DNA of 63,676 nucleotides, filler included, from Octopus bimaculoides (GCF_001194135.2; 4 parts of 4 records of this genome joined end to end with filler, not necessarily neighbours in it), one strand, 5' to 3'. Shown: positions 26,290 through 38,656, counted from the first letter of the whole stretch. Notes: a model not told the origin generated them from the letters alone. Numbers and translations are program-made.

Positions 26290-26430
26290 TATGTGGTCAC
26301 TCGGTCTGCTAGAAATAGTAGCCAAATCTTCCTCAAATCTAGTTCTACCATCTTCAAGGAGGGCCCATTAGATTATGTTATGTAATTTTAAGGTCATATA
26401 TTTTGGAAGAAAGGTTCAAATGACCCCAAT
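26290..26430 (+). repeat. Interspersed repeat family G
   Basis: CTATGTGGTCACTCGGTCTGCTAGAAATAGTAGCCAAATC; related pieces at about 27617-27770, 43050-43195 (minus) and 62440-62550. Confidence 0.65.
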
Positions 26431-26589
26431 ATTTCTTTGATACTTTCTTTTTCGAACTCGAATATTAAACTAGATTTCAGAGGATTTGAACTCAAAGCAT
26501 GAATAGACATAATTAAACACCACAAGGTATTTTGTCCTTCGTTCTATAGATTGTGCTCATCTAATATCTGGCTCTCCAATCGAAAACAA

Positions 26590-27520
26590 GACCAGAACTT
26601 TGGTAGAGGGGGGAAGGGGAGCAGTGCACCATATGGACCTTATGGACACTGCAAGAATGAACGGCAAGATTGACTTCACTGTGATTTGAACTCAGAACGT
26701 GAAGAACTATAACAAAATACTACAAGGTATCTTTTGTCCTGCTGTCCTTTGTATCCAAAGCATGGCTGCTCTTAACGTCAGCTATTAATGAAATATTTCC
26801 TTCTATAAGTACAAGGCCTGGAATTTTGGAGAAAGTGCTAGTTGATTAACATCGACTCCTGTGCTCAACTAGTACTTTATTTTATCGACCCCCACCAAAA
26901 GATAAAAGGCAAAATCGACCTGCGTTTGGGATTTGAACTCAGAGCGTAAACCCGGAACTAAAAGCGCGAAGCATTTTGTTCCGTCTGGTAATGTTTCTGC
27001 TAGTTCACCGCTTTTAATATCAATGAGATAAAAATAAAAAAAAGAAATGGTATGGAGGGGTGACACAAGCTCATGAATATTTACATTGGAAGGTTATGAA
27101 AATAATTATAACGGCTATTATTTTACCTGCCCACTTGATCCCGGCGGATGTAACCAAAACAAGATAGCAGTCAATCACCTTATTCACTGATAACAATTGA
27201 ACAAAGGTACGATTTAAAAATGAAATGAGGGCTGAGGGCAAGCTTGTGTAAAAGTACATATCATTGACACCATTGTTCTGCTGACACTTCATTCACCAAA
27301 CTTCGGTCCTTACTCCTCCTAAATAATTCTTTGTACTATAGACATAAAGGCTTGAAAGTGTGAGCGAGTCGATGACATCGACCTCAGTATGCAACTGGTA
27401 CTTATTTCATAGACCATGGAAGAATGATAGGCAATGACAATACTGGCGGTATTTTGAACCAGAGGAAGCGCTGCAAAGCCTTTTGTCTGTCGTGCTAACG
27501 AGTCTGCCAGCTCACTTACC
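26590..27520 (-). mobile_element. Cluster of three SINE family A copies (about 26590-26760, 26800-27015, 27330-27520)
   Basis: Repeated TTTGAACTCAG B-box complements and AAAGGCAAAATCGACC segments. Confidence 0.8.
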
Positions 27521-28783
27521 TTTCCCGTCTTGAATAAGGGAAGAGGAAAAAGCGAAAGAGACCCGAAAGAGAAACTGAACCGCAACGCAACAAAACATGA
27601 CAAGGTATTCGAAACATGCTAGAAATAGCAGCTAAATCCCATTCGAATGACGCCCCACGGTCTTAGAGAAGTACAAATTGGTTATGTGCCCTGAGCTTCG
27701 GTAGATAAGAAAAAAAGACTAGAGTGTCACGGTTGAAAACCATTTGATTACATGTCTACTGAATTAGTGCAAACATAGATCTAAAATACTACTACTACTA
27801 CTATTATTATGAAACATTTAACCCCCGCTCTGCCACTCCATCCCAGCCCACACTTTGAATATTTTACTAAAAAAAAAAAAATCAAGAAATTGGAAGGAAA
27901 CAAAAAAAAAACACTGAATCTTTCCACCATTAATAAATATTTTGGTAAAATATCGACGGAATATATTGACAAAATATATTTTACTGTAATCTACTCTCTT
28001 TCTCTCTATCTATTTTNNNNNNNNNNNNNNNNNNNNNNNNNNNNNNNNNNNNNNNNNNNNNNNNNNNNNNNNNNNNNNNNNNNNNNNNNNNNNNNNNNNN
28101 NNNNNNNNNNNNNNNNNNNNNNNNNNNNNNNNNNNNNNNNNNNNNNNNNNNNNNNNNNNNNNNNNNNNNNNNNNNNNNNNNNNNNNNNNNNNNNNNNNNN
28201 NNNNNNNNNNNNNNNNNNNNNNNNNNNNNNNNNNNNNNNNNNNNNNNNNNNNNNNNNNNNNNNNNNNNNNNNNNNNNNNNNNNNNNNNNNNNNNNNNNNN
28301 NNNNNNNNNNNNNNNNNNNNNNNNNNNNNNNNNNNNNNNNNNNNNNNNNNNNNNNNNNNNNNNNNNNNNNNNNNNNNNNNNNNNNNNNNNNNNNNNNNNN
28401 NNNNNNNNNNNNNNNNNNNNNNNNNNNNNNNNNNNNNNNNNNNNNNNNNNNNNNNNNNNNNNNNNNNNNNNNNNNNNNNNNNNNNNNNNNNNNNNNNNNN
28501 NNNNNNNNNNNNNNNNNNNNNNNNNNNNNNNNNNNNNNNNNNNNNNNNNNNNNNNNNNNNNNNNNNNNNNNNNNNNNNNNNNNNNNNNNNNNNNNNNNNN
28601 NNNNNNNNNNNNNNNNNNNNNNNNNNNNNNNNNNNNNNNNNNNNNNNNNNNNNNNNNNNNNNNNNNNNNNNNNNNNNNNNNNNNNNNNNNNNNNNNNNNT
28701 ATATATATATATATATACACACACACATACAAGCACACTCAATATTTATTTACAAACATATGTATGCATATATCTGCACGTGT

Positions 28784-28822
<39 letters not shown>

Positions 28823-29303
28823 CGTATATATATATATTGTTATATTATATTATATTATATCATATTCTGGTATATATCATATTAGATGTGTGCATGTATG
28901 TCTAATTTACAAGGGACAAAATTTACGTAAGGAATGGCAGCGGGTGGTGCAGTGACGTGTTCACTTAAGAGGAAGTCTTAAATAAAGATTGGTATTTGTT
29001 GAAGACAATATGTAACTGCTTCATAGTTTCTTCATTATTTATTTTATATGAACTGTTGTTGTTGTTGTGCTTGTTTGTTATTCATGGTATTTCGTGGTTG
29101 AAATCATTGCTGATGTCACATTGTTACATTATTTTTCAGTTGTTGTTGTTGTTATAATATATTTATTGCTGTTTTCTGAAGTAAACAATCCACTTTATTG
29201 GAGCAATATTTCCATGTCATTCTGTCTGTTTGTCTCAATATATTCTGCCTTTTCTCTCCTTCTCTCTCTTTAACATTCAAAGTAGCTCCTTCATTTCTCT
29301 CTA

Positions 29304-29351
<48 letters not shown>

Positions 29352-29453
29352 AGTACATATATATATATAGATACATATATAACTGTGTGTATACATATAT
29401 GCCTGAATATATGCATATATGTACCCATATTTGTGTGTGTATGTATATGTACG

Positions 29454-29486
<33 letters not shown>

Positions 29487-29493
29487 ATATATA

Positions 29494-29593
29494 NNNNNNN
29501 NNNNNNNNNNNNNNNNNNNNNNNNNNNNNNNNNNNNNTTAATTAATTAANNNNNNNNNNNNNNNNNNNNNNNNNNNNNNNNNNNNNNNNNNNN
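29494..29593. other. Artificial scaffold-join linker N44-TTAATTAATTAA-N44
   Basis: Exactly 44 N + 12 nt + 44 N = 100 bp. The palindromic 12-mer puts stops in all six frames; identical linkers occur at 60299-60398 and 62178-62277. Confidence 0.95.
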
Positions 29594-29914
29594 ACCCTAC
29601 CCCCACATCCTCACCCAAAACCTACACCCCACCCTCACATATCCACACCCCACCCTCGCATCCCCACACCCAACACTGCCACGCCACACCACACACCACC
29701 AGACCACATAACACCACCCCGCACACACTAGCACTGACCACTTCCCAGCACCCATACCATCATCCACACACCCAAACATTACAGACGCACACACTTACAC
29801 ACACACACATCCACCCATCAAAGTCACCAGCCCCTATCCACATATTAAATTTCATTAAACTTGAACAATATTTTACAAACAATAAACAGTTTTCCTCAAA
29901 GTTCTATTTGGAAC

Positions 29915-30136
29915 TTATTGCAAATCTGCACGATGAACAACCTTTTTGGTCTTCCGAATCGAGCCCAGTACAAATAGCTCGTTTCCATTCCCAGCCCTTG
30001 AACAACCAACATAGAGCTGTCTGTGAGAAAATCAGGGTTCCATCAGATGAAGCCCAGTTACTTTCAGTGACTGTACTTGGGACCTATTGATTGACAGTGC
30101 ATAGCTAACTCACACTGGAAACTGAAGTCTTTTGAA
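29915..30136 (-). pseudogene. Helitron RepHel Pif1-family helicase C-terminal fragment
   Basis: FKRLQFPV*VSYALSINRSQVQSLKVTGLHLMEP*FSHRQLYVGCSRAGNGNELFVLGSIRKTKKVVHRADLQ*; matches FPxRxAFAxTINKSQGQ and FSHGQLYVAxSRV; two internal stops. Confidence 0.9.
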
Positions 30137-30660
30137 CTATCTGCGCAACGACTAGTTGCCCATTAGCATTAATGTCGCCGATTTGCATTGAATTTTGTTC
30201 GAGCCAAGTATCACATATTGCTCAATTGAAATTACTCCAATCAACGATCGTATTTCTACTTTGTATAGAAGATTCATGCATCATATCATTTTGTGACATA
30301 TCATTATAAGCAACAATAAATGATTAAAAGGATGTTATACAGGGGCACATGGCTTTTGTCAAAGTATGACCTGTGACGGATTGATTTTTGCGTTTTACAA
30401 AGCTTGCAGTAGCAAACTTTTCCATCAATAATGTTACCACTTATGATAGGGCCACATGATGAATTGCAATATTCACAGGTGTACCTGTTCATAATTAAAC
30501 GGCACCGTGCCAACCATTGTAGAATGTTGTTGAATGATTCTGCAAATTTAGTAATATTCCACGATTCTTCTAACATTATTTTGCGATTGAGGGTTTCAAC
30601 TTGGGTACAATAAACTGCAGTGCCGCTGGTCTTCCGCGTGACATCTCGATCGATTTCCAA
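30137..30660 (-). pseudogene. Merlin (IS1595/IS1016-like) transposase, N-terminal half
   Basis: LQWLARCRLIMNRYTCEYC...DGKVCYCKLCKTQKSIRHRSYFDKSHVPLYNILLIIYC (Zn ribbon). After a frameshift it reads MSQNDMMHESSIQSRNTIVDWSNFN*AICDTWLEQNSMQIGDINANGQLVVAQI, ending where the VVEIDE catalytic motif is expected. Confidence 0.8.
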
Positions 30661-31048
30661 TTCTAAACTAAACTAATTTTGGTGTGGTGTAAACTCCTTT
30701 TGGCAAAGTAAGTTAAATAAGTTGACTTACTTCCCTTTGCTTCTTTTATTAGTTATCTCCCCTAAATTTTCATTTATTTTTTTGTACGCACTGTAATGAA
30801 AATTTGGGAATCTAAAATTTCAGGATTGCGGGTCCGGATTCGGCCCGGAATGTTTTTAATTAACTTACGGAGTGAGCCTTATTCCAAGATGGTGTGATAT
30901 GTTGGGCTACGGCCTCTAGGAGTAAAGTTGAAAAAGTGTGACACACTGACACACTGACATTCGCATTTATTATATTAGATATATGTGTGTGTCTATATAT
31001 ATAAATATATATATACGCATACATATATACATACATATATGCGTATAA

Positions 31049-31099
<51 letters not shown>

Positions 31100-31244
31100 C
31101 ATATTTATTATATACATGCATATATATAGATACATATGCATACACATGCATACATATAAATACATACATATACATATATACACATACATATATACTTATA
31201 TACATACATACATACATACATACATACATACACACACATATATA

Positions 31245-31292
<48 letters not shown>

Positions 31293-31396
31293 CACGTCCT
31301 CACTTTGTTTTTTTTTTGTTTTTTTGTTATTGTTTTTTTGAACTATATATATATATATATTTATAGAGACACACACAGACACACAGACAGACAGAC

Positions 31397-31468
<72 letters not shown>

Positions 31469-31783
31469 GAATGTTCGTATTAAAACTCAAAACTTTTTAA
31501 ACAATGGTGATGGCGTGCCATCTGAGTTGAGTGTGCGTCACTGAAAAAAAAAAAAGAAGTAAAACTTTGAAAATCACTTAAGCAGATCTACATTGTCCTT
31601 TACACTTTACGTATATATTTAGCATGCACAGCGATGATGAAGAGGCTCCACTATTGGTTGCCTCCATCAAAATTGGGTAATCAATCAACAAACAAGTTGT
31701 TATCTAATTCACCAGACATCCTCCAATACATTTAATCATTTCTGTCCCGTGTCTGATTCTGCAAGATTTGTTCTCTTCGTTAC

Positions 31784-31820
<37 letters not shown>

Positions 31821-31915
31821 TTATTTCCTTATTAGCAACTTATTGCATAATTCTACAACTACTACTACTACTACTACTACGACTACTGCTGCTGCTGCTG
31901 CTGCTGCTTCTGCTG

Positions 31916-31949
<34 letters not shown>

Positions 31950-32208
31950 AAAGACTTATTATGAACACATTTTTATTTTGATATTTAACGATATTCTGGT
32001 CCTTTCTTTATAAATCATAAAAAGATTAGCCACCACACGAATTGAGTGCGCTAGCATGTGTGTGTGCGTGTATGCGTGTGTTTGTGTTTGGATGCATACA
32101 TTTGCATATATACATATACACAAATCATATATATATATATACATATACGTACATACATACGTATATACATACGTATCTATATATATCTATCTATCTATCT
32201 ATCTATCT

Positions 32209-32261
<53 letters not shown>

Positions 32262-32586
32262 NNNNNNNNNNNNNNNNNNNNNNNNNNNNNNNNNNNNNNN
32301 NNNNNNNNNNNNNNNNNNNNNNNNNNNNNNNNNNNNNNNNNNNNNNNNNNNNNNNNNNNNNNNNNNNNNNNNNNNNNNNNNNNNNNNNNNNNNNNNNNNN
32401 NNNNNNNNNNNNNNNNNNNNNNNNNNNNNNNNNNNNNNNNNNNNNNNNNNNNNNNNNNNNNNNNNNNNNNNNNNNNNNNNNNNNNNNNNNNNNNNNNNNN
32501 NNNNNNNNNNNNNNNNNNNNNNNNNNNNNNNNNNNNNNATATATATGTACATACATACATACATAAATATACATACACTTACGTAT

Positions 32587-32623
<37 letters not shown>

Positions 32624-33119
32624 CATGCATGCATAATGCTCTTAGCTAAATTAACTTTCGTTTCGTTAGTCGAAGAATTTCCTTTTTTTTAAAAAAAAAA
32701 CAACAAAGTTTTCTTTTCGAAATTATTCTGTTTTCCTTTTTATCTCCGAATCTTTTAATCTTCAAACAAGTTTGTTACTGATCGTACTATAGCTTTGCTT
32801 CGCCACCCATACCTCAATTTATCTTTACAACACACTTGCTCCGATTTGAGCATACGCATACAAACTAACACACACATACGTATACAGACACACTTAGACA
32901 CACACACACATACACACACACACTTAGACACACACACACACTTAGACACAGACACACACATATATATGTATATATTATATATGTATATTATATGTGTATA
33001 TTATATATTTATATTATTTCTCATTATACTTGCACATACAAGTCTTTTCTTCCTCGTATAGATGCAAAACCGCTTGCGTAGACACCTAAAAAAAGACACG
33101 GTTAAGAGCGTGTGTATGT

Positions 33120-33179
<60 letters not shown>

Positions 33180-33592
33180 ATGTGTGTGTATGTGAACGCG
33201 CGCGCGTGTTTATAAAATTTGTCTACAAAGCTGGCTCAGTGGTCAGGCGTACAATAAATAACAGAAGTGAAAGGGAACAAATACAATTCTCTCCATGAGT
33301 AACATTGCTAGACATGTGCACGTACACACGCTCAACGGCCGAACAGAAAAACGCATAAATACACACACATGCATACACATACACGCACACACACACACAC
33401 ACATACACATACACACACACACATATATAATGTAGCATATATATAAATTATATACATATATATAAATACATATATATATGCATATATAAGTAATATCTAT
33501 AGGTAAGTGTATAATATTTACATGCATATATATGCTTACCCATATGCATAAACAAACGTATATACACACAGTTCTCTATCCTCTTTGTATAT

Positions 33593-33639
<47 letters not shown>

Positions 33640-34373
33640 NNNNNNNNNNNNNNNNNNNNNNNNNNNNNNNNNNNNNNNNNNNNNNNNNNNNNNNNNNNNN
33701 NNNNNNNNNNNNNNNNNNNNNNNNNNNNNNNNNNNNNNNNNNNNNNNNNNNNNNNNNNNNNNNNNNNNNNNNNNNNNNNNNNNNNNNNNNNNNNNNNNNN
33801 NNNNNNNNNNNNNNNNNNNNNNNNNNNNNNNNNNNNNNNNNNNNNNNNNNNNNNNNNNNNNNNNNNNNNNNNNNNNNNNNNNNNNNNNNNNNNNNNNNNN
33901 NNNNNNNNNNNNNNNNNNNNNNNNNNNNNNNNNNNNNNNNNNNNNNNNNNNNNNNNNNNNNNNNNNNNNNNNNNNNNNNNNNNNNNNNNNNNNNNNNNNN
34001 NNNNNNNNNNNNNNNNNNNNNNNNNNNNNNNNNNNNNNNNNNNNNNNNNNNNNNNNNNNNNNNNNNNNNNNNNNNNNNNNNNNNNNNNNNNNNNNNNNNN
34101 NNNNGGACGTCTGTATAATCATTAAAACATTTATTTAATTATGAAAATAGAAAGAAATTATACATTAATCCCAATTTTTGTAAGCAGTTGTATCCGTAAA
34201 AAGATATATGAAATGAACGTGCGTGTGTATGTGTATGTGAGAGAGAAAGAGAGATAGAGTGAATGAGTGAAGTTGTGTGTCATTGACTTACGTTGGCTGG
34301 CACGGCAAGTACGAAACTTTTGAGGAGGCAGATGATTGGGGTGATTTGGAAGATGTGGAGAAATGCCGTCTTT

Positions 34374-34670
34374 TCAGTGGAGCGCTTCTTTGTAGGCAAT
34401 GTTTCTCGTTTTCCCTTCTGATGCACAAATGTATAGACTTTGTGGCCTGCCAACACGGGAGCATCGAACGTAATGTTGACCGTGGGAGAACACTTGCTCT
34501 GTGAGATCTAAACCAACCATTTGCAATGATTGATCCTGTGCCTTATTTATTGCCATTGCAAAGGAGAGTTTGATAGGAAACTTGTAGATCGTATCGGAAA
34601 GGGAAGGGACATTGGAGTTATAAGAACTTCTTGACCAGCGGCCGGTCCATTCAAGATGGTTGCCTGTAGG
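34374..34670 (-). pseudogene. Helitron RepHel Pif1-family helicase C-terminal fragment
   Basis: LQATILNGPAAGQEVLI...(frameshift)FPIKLSFAMAINKAQDQSLQMVGLDLTEQVFSHGQHYVRCSRVGRPQSLYICASEGKTRNIAYKEALH*. Confidence 0.92.
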
Positions 34671-34699
34671 ACACGGGAGTAGAAATTTTGATTATCATG

Positions 34700-34981
34700 C
34701 GGAACTTTCTAGGAAATCCTCGGAACTTTCTAGGAAATCCTCGGAACTTTCTAGGAAATCCTCGGAACTTTCTATGAAATCCTCGGAACTTTCCAGGAAT
34801 TACCACACTCGGAACTTTCCATGAAGTAGTTCAACCTCGGAACTTTCCAGGAAACCAAATCCTCGGAACATTCCAGGAAGTCCCTTCCTCGGAACTTTCC
34901 AGGAATCTCTCGGAACGTTCCAGGATGTACCACTCTCGGAACTTTCAAGGAAGTAGTTCATCATCGGAACTTTGCAGGAAG
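34700..34981 (+). repeat. Array of 12 conserved cores CGGAACTTTCYAGGAA with 5-12 nt variable spacers
   Basis: Unit starts at 34700, 34721, 34742, 34763, 34784, 34810, 34838, 34864, 34890, 34911, 34937 and 34965; the array continues into the gap. Confidence 0.95.
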
Positions 34982-35737
34982 NNNNNNNNNNNNNNNNNNN
35001 NNNNNNNNNNNNNNNNNNNNNNNNNNNNNNNNNNNNNNNNNNNNNNNNNNNNNNNNNNNNNNNNNNNNNNNNNNNNNNNNNNNNNNNNNNNNNNNNNNNN
35101 NNNNNNNNNNNNNNNNNNNNNNNNNNNNNNNNNNNNNNNNNNNNNNNNNNNNNNNNNNNNNNNNNNNNNNNNNNNNNNNNNNNNNNNNNNNNNNNNNNNN
35201 NNNNNNNNNNNNNNNNNNNNNNNNNNNNNNNNNNNNNNNNNNNNNNNNNNNNNNNNNNNNNNNNNNNNNNNNNNNNNNNNNNNNNNNNNNNNNNNNNNNN
35301 NNNNNNNNNNNNNNNNNNNNNNNNNNNNNNNNNNNNNNNNNNNNNNNNNNNNNNNNNNNNNNNNNNNNNNNNNNNNNNNNNNNNNNNNNNNNNNNNNNNN
35401 NNNNNNNNNNNNNNNNNNNNNNNNNNNNNNNNNNNNNNNNNNNNNNNNNNNNNNNNNNNNNNNNNNNNNNNNNNNNNNNNNNNNNNNNNNNNNNNNNNNN
35501 NNNNNNNNNNNNNNNNNNNNNNNNNNNNNNNNNNNNNNNNNNNNNNNNNNNNNNNNNNNNNNNNNNNNNNNNNNNNNNNNNNNNNNNNNNNNNNNNNNNN
35601 NNNNNNNNNNNNNNNNNNNNNNNNNNNNNNNNNNNNNNNNNNNNNNNNNNNNNNNNNNNNNNNNNNNNNNNNNNNNNNNNNNNNNNNNNNNNNNNNNNNN
35701 NNNNNNNNNNNNNNNNNNNNNNNNNNNNNNNNNNNNN

Positions 35738-35799
<62 letters not shown>

Positions 35800-36118
35800 C
35801 ACACAGGGGGAATGATATATATGTTTGTGTGTGTATGTGTGTGTGTTTATATATGACTACATATATTTGTATGAATATGTATTTAATATATACAAGTGTG
35901 TCAGTGTGTGTGTGTATGTGTGTGTAGTATAACATATATAGATGCAGATGAAATATCACACGAAGGATATGCAATCGACTGTATGAAAATGAGTGTTTGT
36001 GTGCGGGGGTGTGCTTGCGCATAAGTGTTTTCGCTTTGTACTTGCTATTAACGCATATATTTAGCTTTGAGTGCATATGCGTGTACACGCAGAAAGTCTC
36101 ACACACACGCACACATAA

Positions 36119-36149
<31 letters not shown>

Positions 36150-36238
36150 CTATGATATATTTGCGTGCGCAGGTGCGTGTGTGTGCCCGCTTATACCTTT
36201 CGGAAGATGTAGCATTAGCTGAAAGTACGCGCACTCGC

Positions 36239-36282
<44 letters not shown>

Positions 36283-36474
36283 CAGATGTAAGTATATACA
36301 TACCTGTACATAAAAATATGTTCGCATATATGCCTATATATACATATATGCGCATGAATATGTGCACACACACACGCACACATACACACTCACACATATA
36401 CATACATATGTGTGTATGTGTGTGTGCGTGGCATAATGTTCAAATTAATTAAAGATTATTTTACAGAATAATAG

Positions 36475-37454
36475 AAAAAAGGAAACTCTGCAGCTGAAGC
36501 GACTCGAAATATGCTATCAGTTTATGGGAAAGAATTCTTGAATGAAAGAACTTGCAGAAGATGGTTTGCAAAATTCAGAAGTGGAGATTTCAGCCTTGAA
36601 GATGAAAACCAAACAGGACGTCCAGTTGAGTTTGATGATAAGCTCCTTGAGGCATTACTTGAAGAAAATCTTGCACTATCAGTTGAAGAATTGGCAATAA
36701 AGCTTAGTTCAAACCATACGACTGTTCATCGTCATTTTCAACAACTTGGAAAGGTTCCTAAACTTGGAAAATGTGTGCCTCATGAATTGTCCGAAAGCAA
36801 CCGCAAATTCCCAGTTGACATCTGCTCTTCTCTCCATTCTCGCAAACTCATTTCACCCTTTTTGGATAAACTTGTGACTGGTGACGAAAAATGGATCTTC
36901 TATTGAAATGTTAAACATCGTAAACAGTGACTTGGCAAAAGGGAAAAAGTTCAACCACAACCAAGAAGGGAACTTCAAGGGGAAAAAGGTTCTTCTCTCT
37001 ATCTGGTGGGATTGCAAAGGAGCAATTCACTTTGAATTGTTACCAACTAATGCAACAATCAATGCTCAAGTCTACTGTCAGCAATTAGAACGTTTGAACC
37101 AAGCTTTGAAGGAAAAAAGACCCGCTTTAGTGAATCATAAAGGTGTGATGTTTCATCAGGACAATGCGTGACCCTACACTGCAAAGATCACATTACAGAA
37201 GATCGAAGAGCTTGGTTGGGAAAAAATTCCTCATCCACATTATTCTCCCGACCTTGCTCCTTCAGACTACCATTTGTTTCGTAGTTTACAGAATCATTTG
37301 GGAGACATAACTTTGGCAAGCCAGGAGGAGGTCGAAACTGACATTTCAGAGTTGTTCGCTTTGAAACCAAAAGAGTTTTACATTGATGGGATGAAAAAGC
37401 TTGTAAATAGATGGAAGTAAGTCATAGATAATGAGGGAAAGTACATTGATGATT
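36475..37454 (+). pseudogene. Mariner (DD34D) transposase, 5'-truncated and dead
   Basis: KGNSAAEATRN...RRWFAKFRSGDFSLED...GRP HTH, CVPHEL, TGDEKW, HQDNA and YSPDLAPSD, with 34 residues between the last two Asp. Stops at 36904, about 36928, 37169 and 37418, plus one frameshift near 36985. Confidence 0.97.
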
Positions 37455-38656
37455 NNNNNNNNNNNNNNNNNNNNNNNNNNNNNNNNNNNNNNNNNNNNNN
37501 NNNNNNNNNNNNNNNNNNNNNNNNNNNNNNNNNNNNNNNNNNNNNNNNNNNNNNNNNNNNNNNNNNNNNNNNNNNNNNNNNAATTTGTCAAAATATTTTC
37601 GTCGCTTTGAGACCGCGACCTGTTCACTGACAAAGTTCTGTGCTGCATCTGAGAAAGTAACAGTTAGTTCATGATATATACGTACGTGTGTATGTATGTA
37701 TGTACGTGCACATGTGTGCGCGTATGCATCTGTGTACATGCGTATGCATGTGTGCATGCCTATACGCATGTATATATGTATATATGTATGTATGTGCGTA
37801 TGCACGTATGTACTTATGGATGTACGTGAGTAATAGGGTAAGTGTGTAGACATTTGTGTGTGTGTGTGTGTGTGTGTGTACATATGTATGTACATGTGAA
37901 CGTATGTTTATGTACTGATATGTGCGTCAGTTCAAGTCGTATACATGACTGTTACTTTGTTGAAGGTTGTATATACACACTCACACACTCACAAATATAC
38001 GTATAATCTTAAAGTATACACGCATATACATTTATCCATCATTATACCTATACATATATACACACACACATACACACATACATATATACAAATATATATG
38101 ACACTAATACAAGGATAACGGTTAAAATTGAAATATGCATTTTTTTTTATTATAACCTTTTTTTTTCACACATAAACATACCACACATAGATGTGCCTAC
38201 ACATACTCATATCTACACATACTCATACGCACATTCATGCACACACTCATATAGTCACATACAAAACGCACAACACACACACACACATGTGCACACACAC
38301 ATACATCTACACATACGTACATACATATCAAACTATATACGCTCATACGGTTATATATAACTACATATATGTATGTATTATGCATCTCAACATGTATGTA
38401 TGGAATGGAATTCCACATTTAAAAGAGAGAGAAGGGTGACTATAGAGGGGTACTCCCGAGTGGAATCTGGATGTTACCCCACTCGTATTTACGGTTGAGA
38501 GAGGGTTTGTACTCCTGTATACAGACAGCTTCAGTGACTTGTCTCANNNNNNNNNNAGAGAGGGTTTGTACTCCTGTATACAGACAGCTTCAGTGACTTG
38601 TCTCAGCATTGCATCAGTGGGATGTGTGGATAAGATATTTAATTTAAGTCTCCAGT

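Larger units (their letters stand above)
29594..30979 (-). mobile_element. Non-autonomous Helitron carrying a Merlin transposase fragment
   Basis: 5' end A|TCTAATATAATAAATGCGAATGTCAGTGTGTC at 30979, GC hairpin at 30829-30847 and helicase C-terminus at 29915-30136. The 3' end is uncertain. Confidence 0.75.
34125..34981 (-). mobile_element. Second Helitron remnant: helicase C-terminus plus adjoining minisatellite
   Basis: Helicase fragment at 34374-34670 is directly preceded on the minus strand by a tandem array; both ends run into gaps. Confidence 0.75.

Noticed and set aside
33497-33510. Plus-strand AG|GTAAGT as a recursive site
   Set aside because: No polypyrimidine tract; it lies in a TA-rich microsatellite.
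34700-34981. CRISPR array
   Set aside because: Cores (about 16 nt) and spacers (5-12 nt) are too short, spacers are related to each other, there are no cas genes and the context is eukaryotic.
36455-36520. Splice acceptor upstream of the mariner ORF, suggesting a SETMAR-like domesticated fusion
   Set aside because: In-frame TAA TAG follow the AG, and the transposase has several stops and a frameshift.
38498-38605. 49-bp direct repeat around a 10-N gap
   Set aside because: Same contig-overlap artefact.
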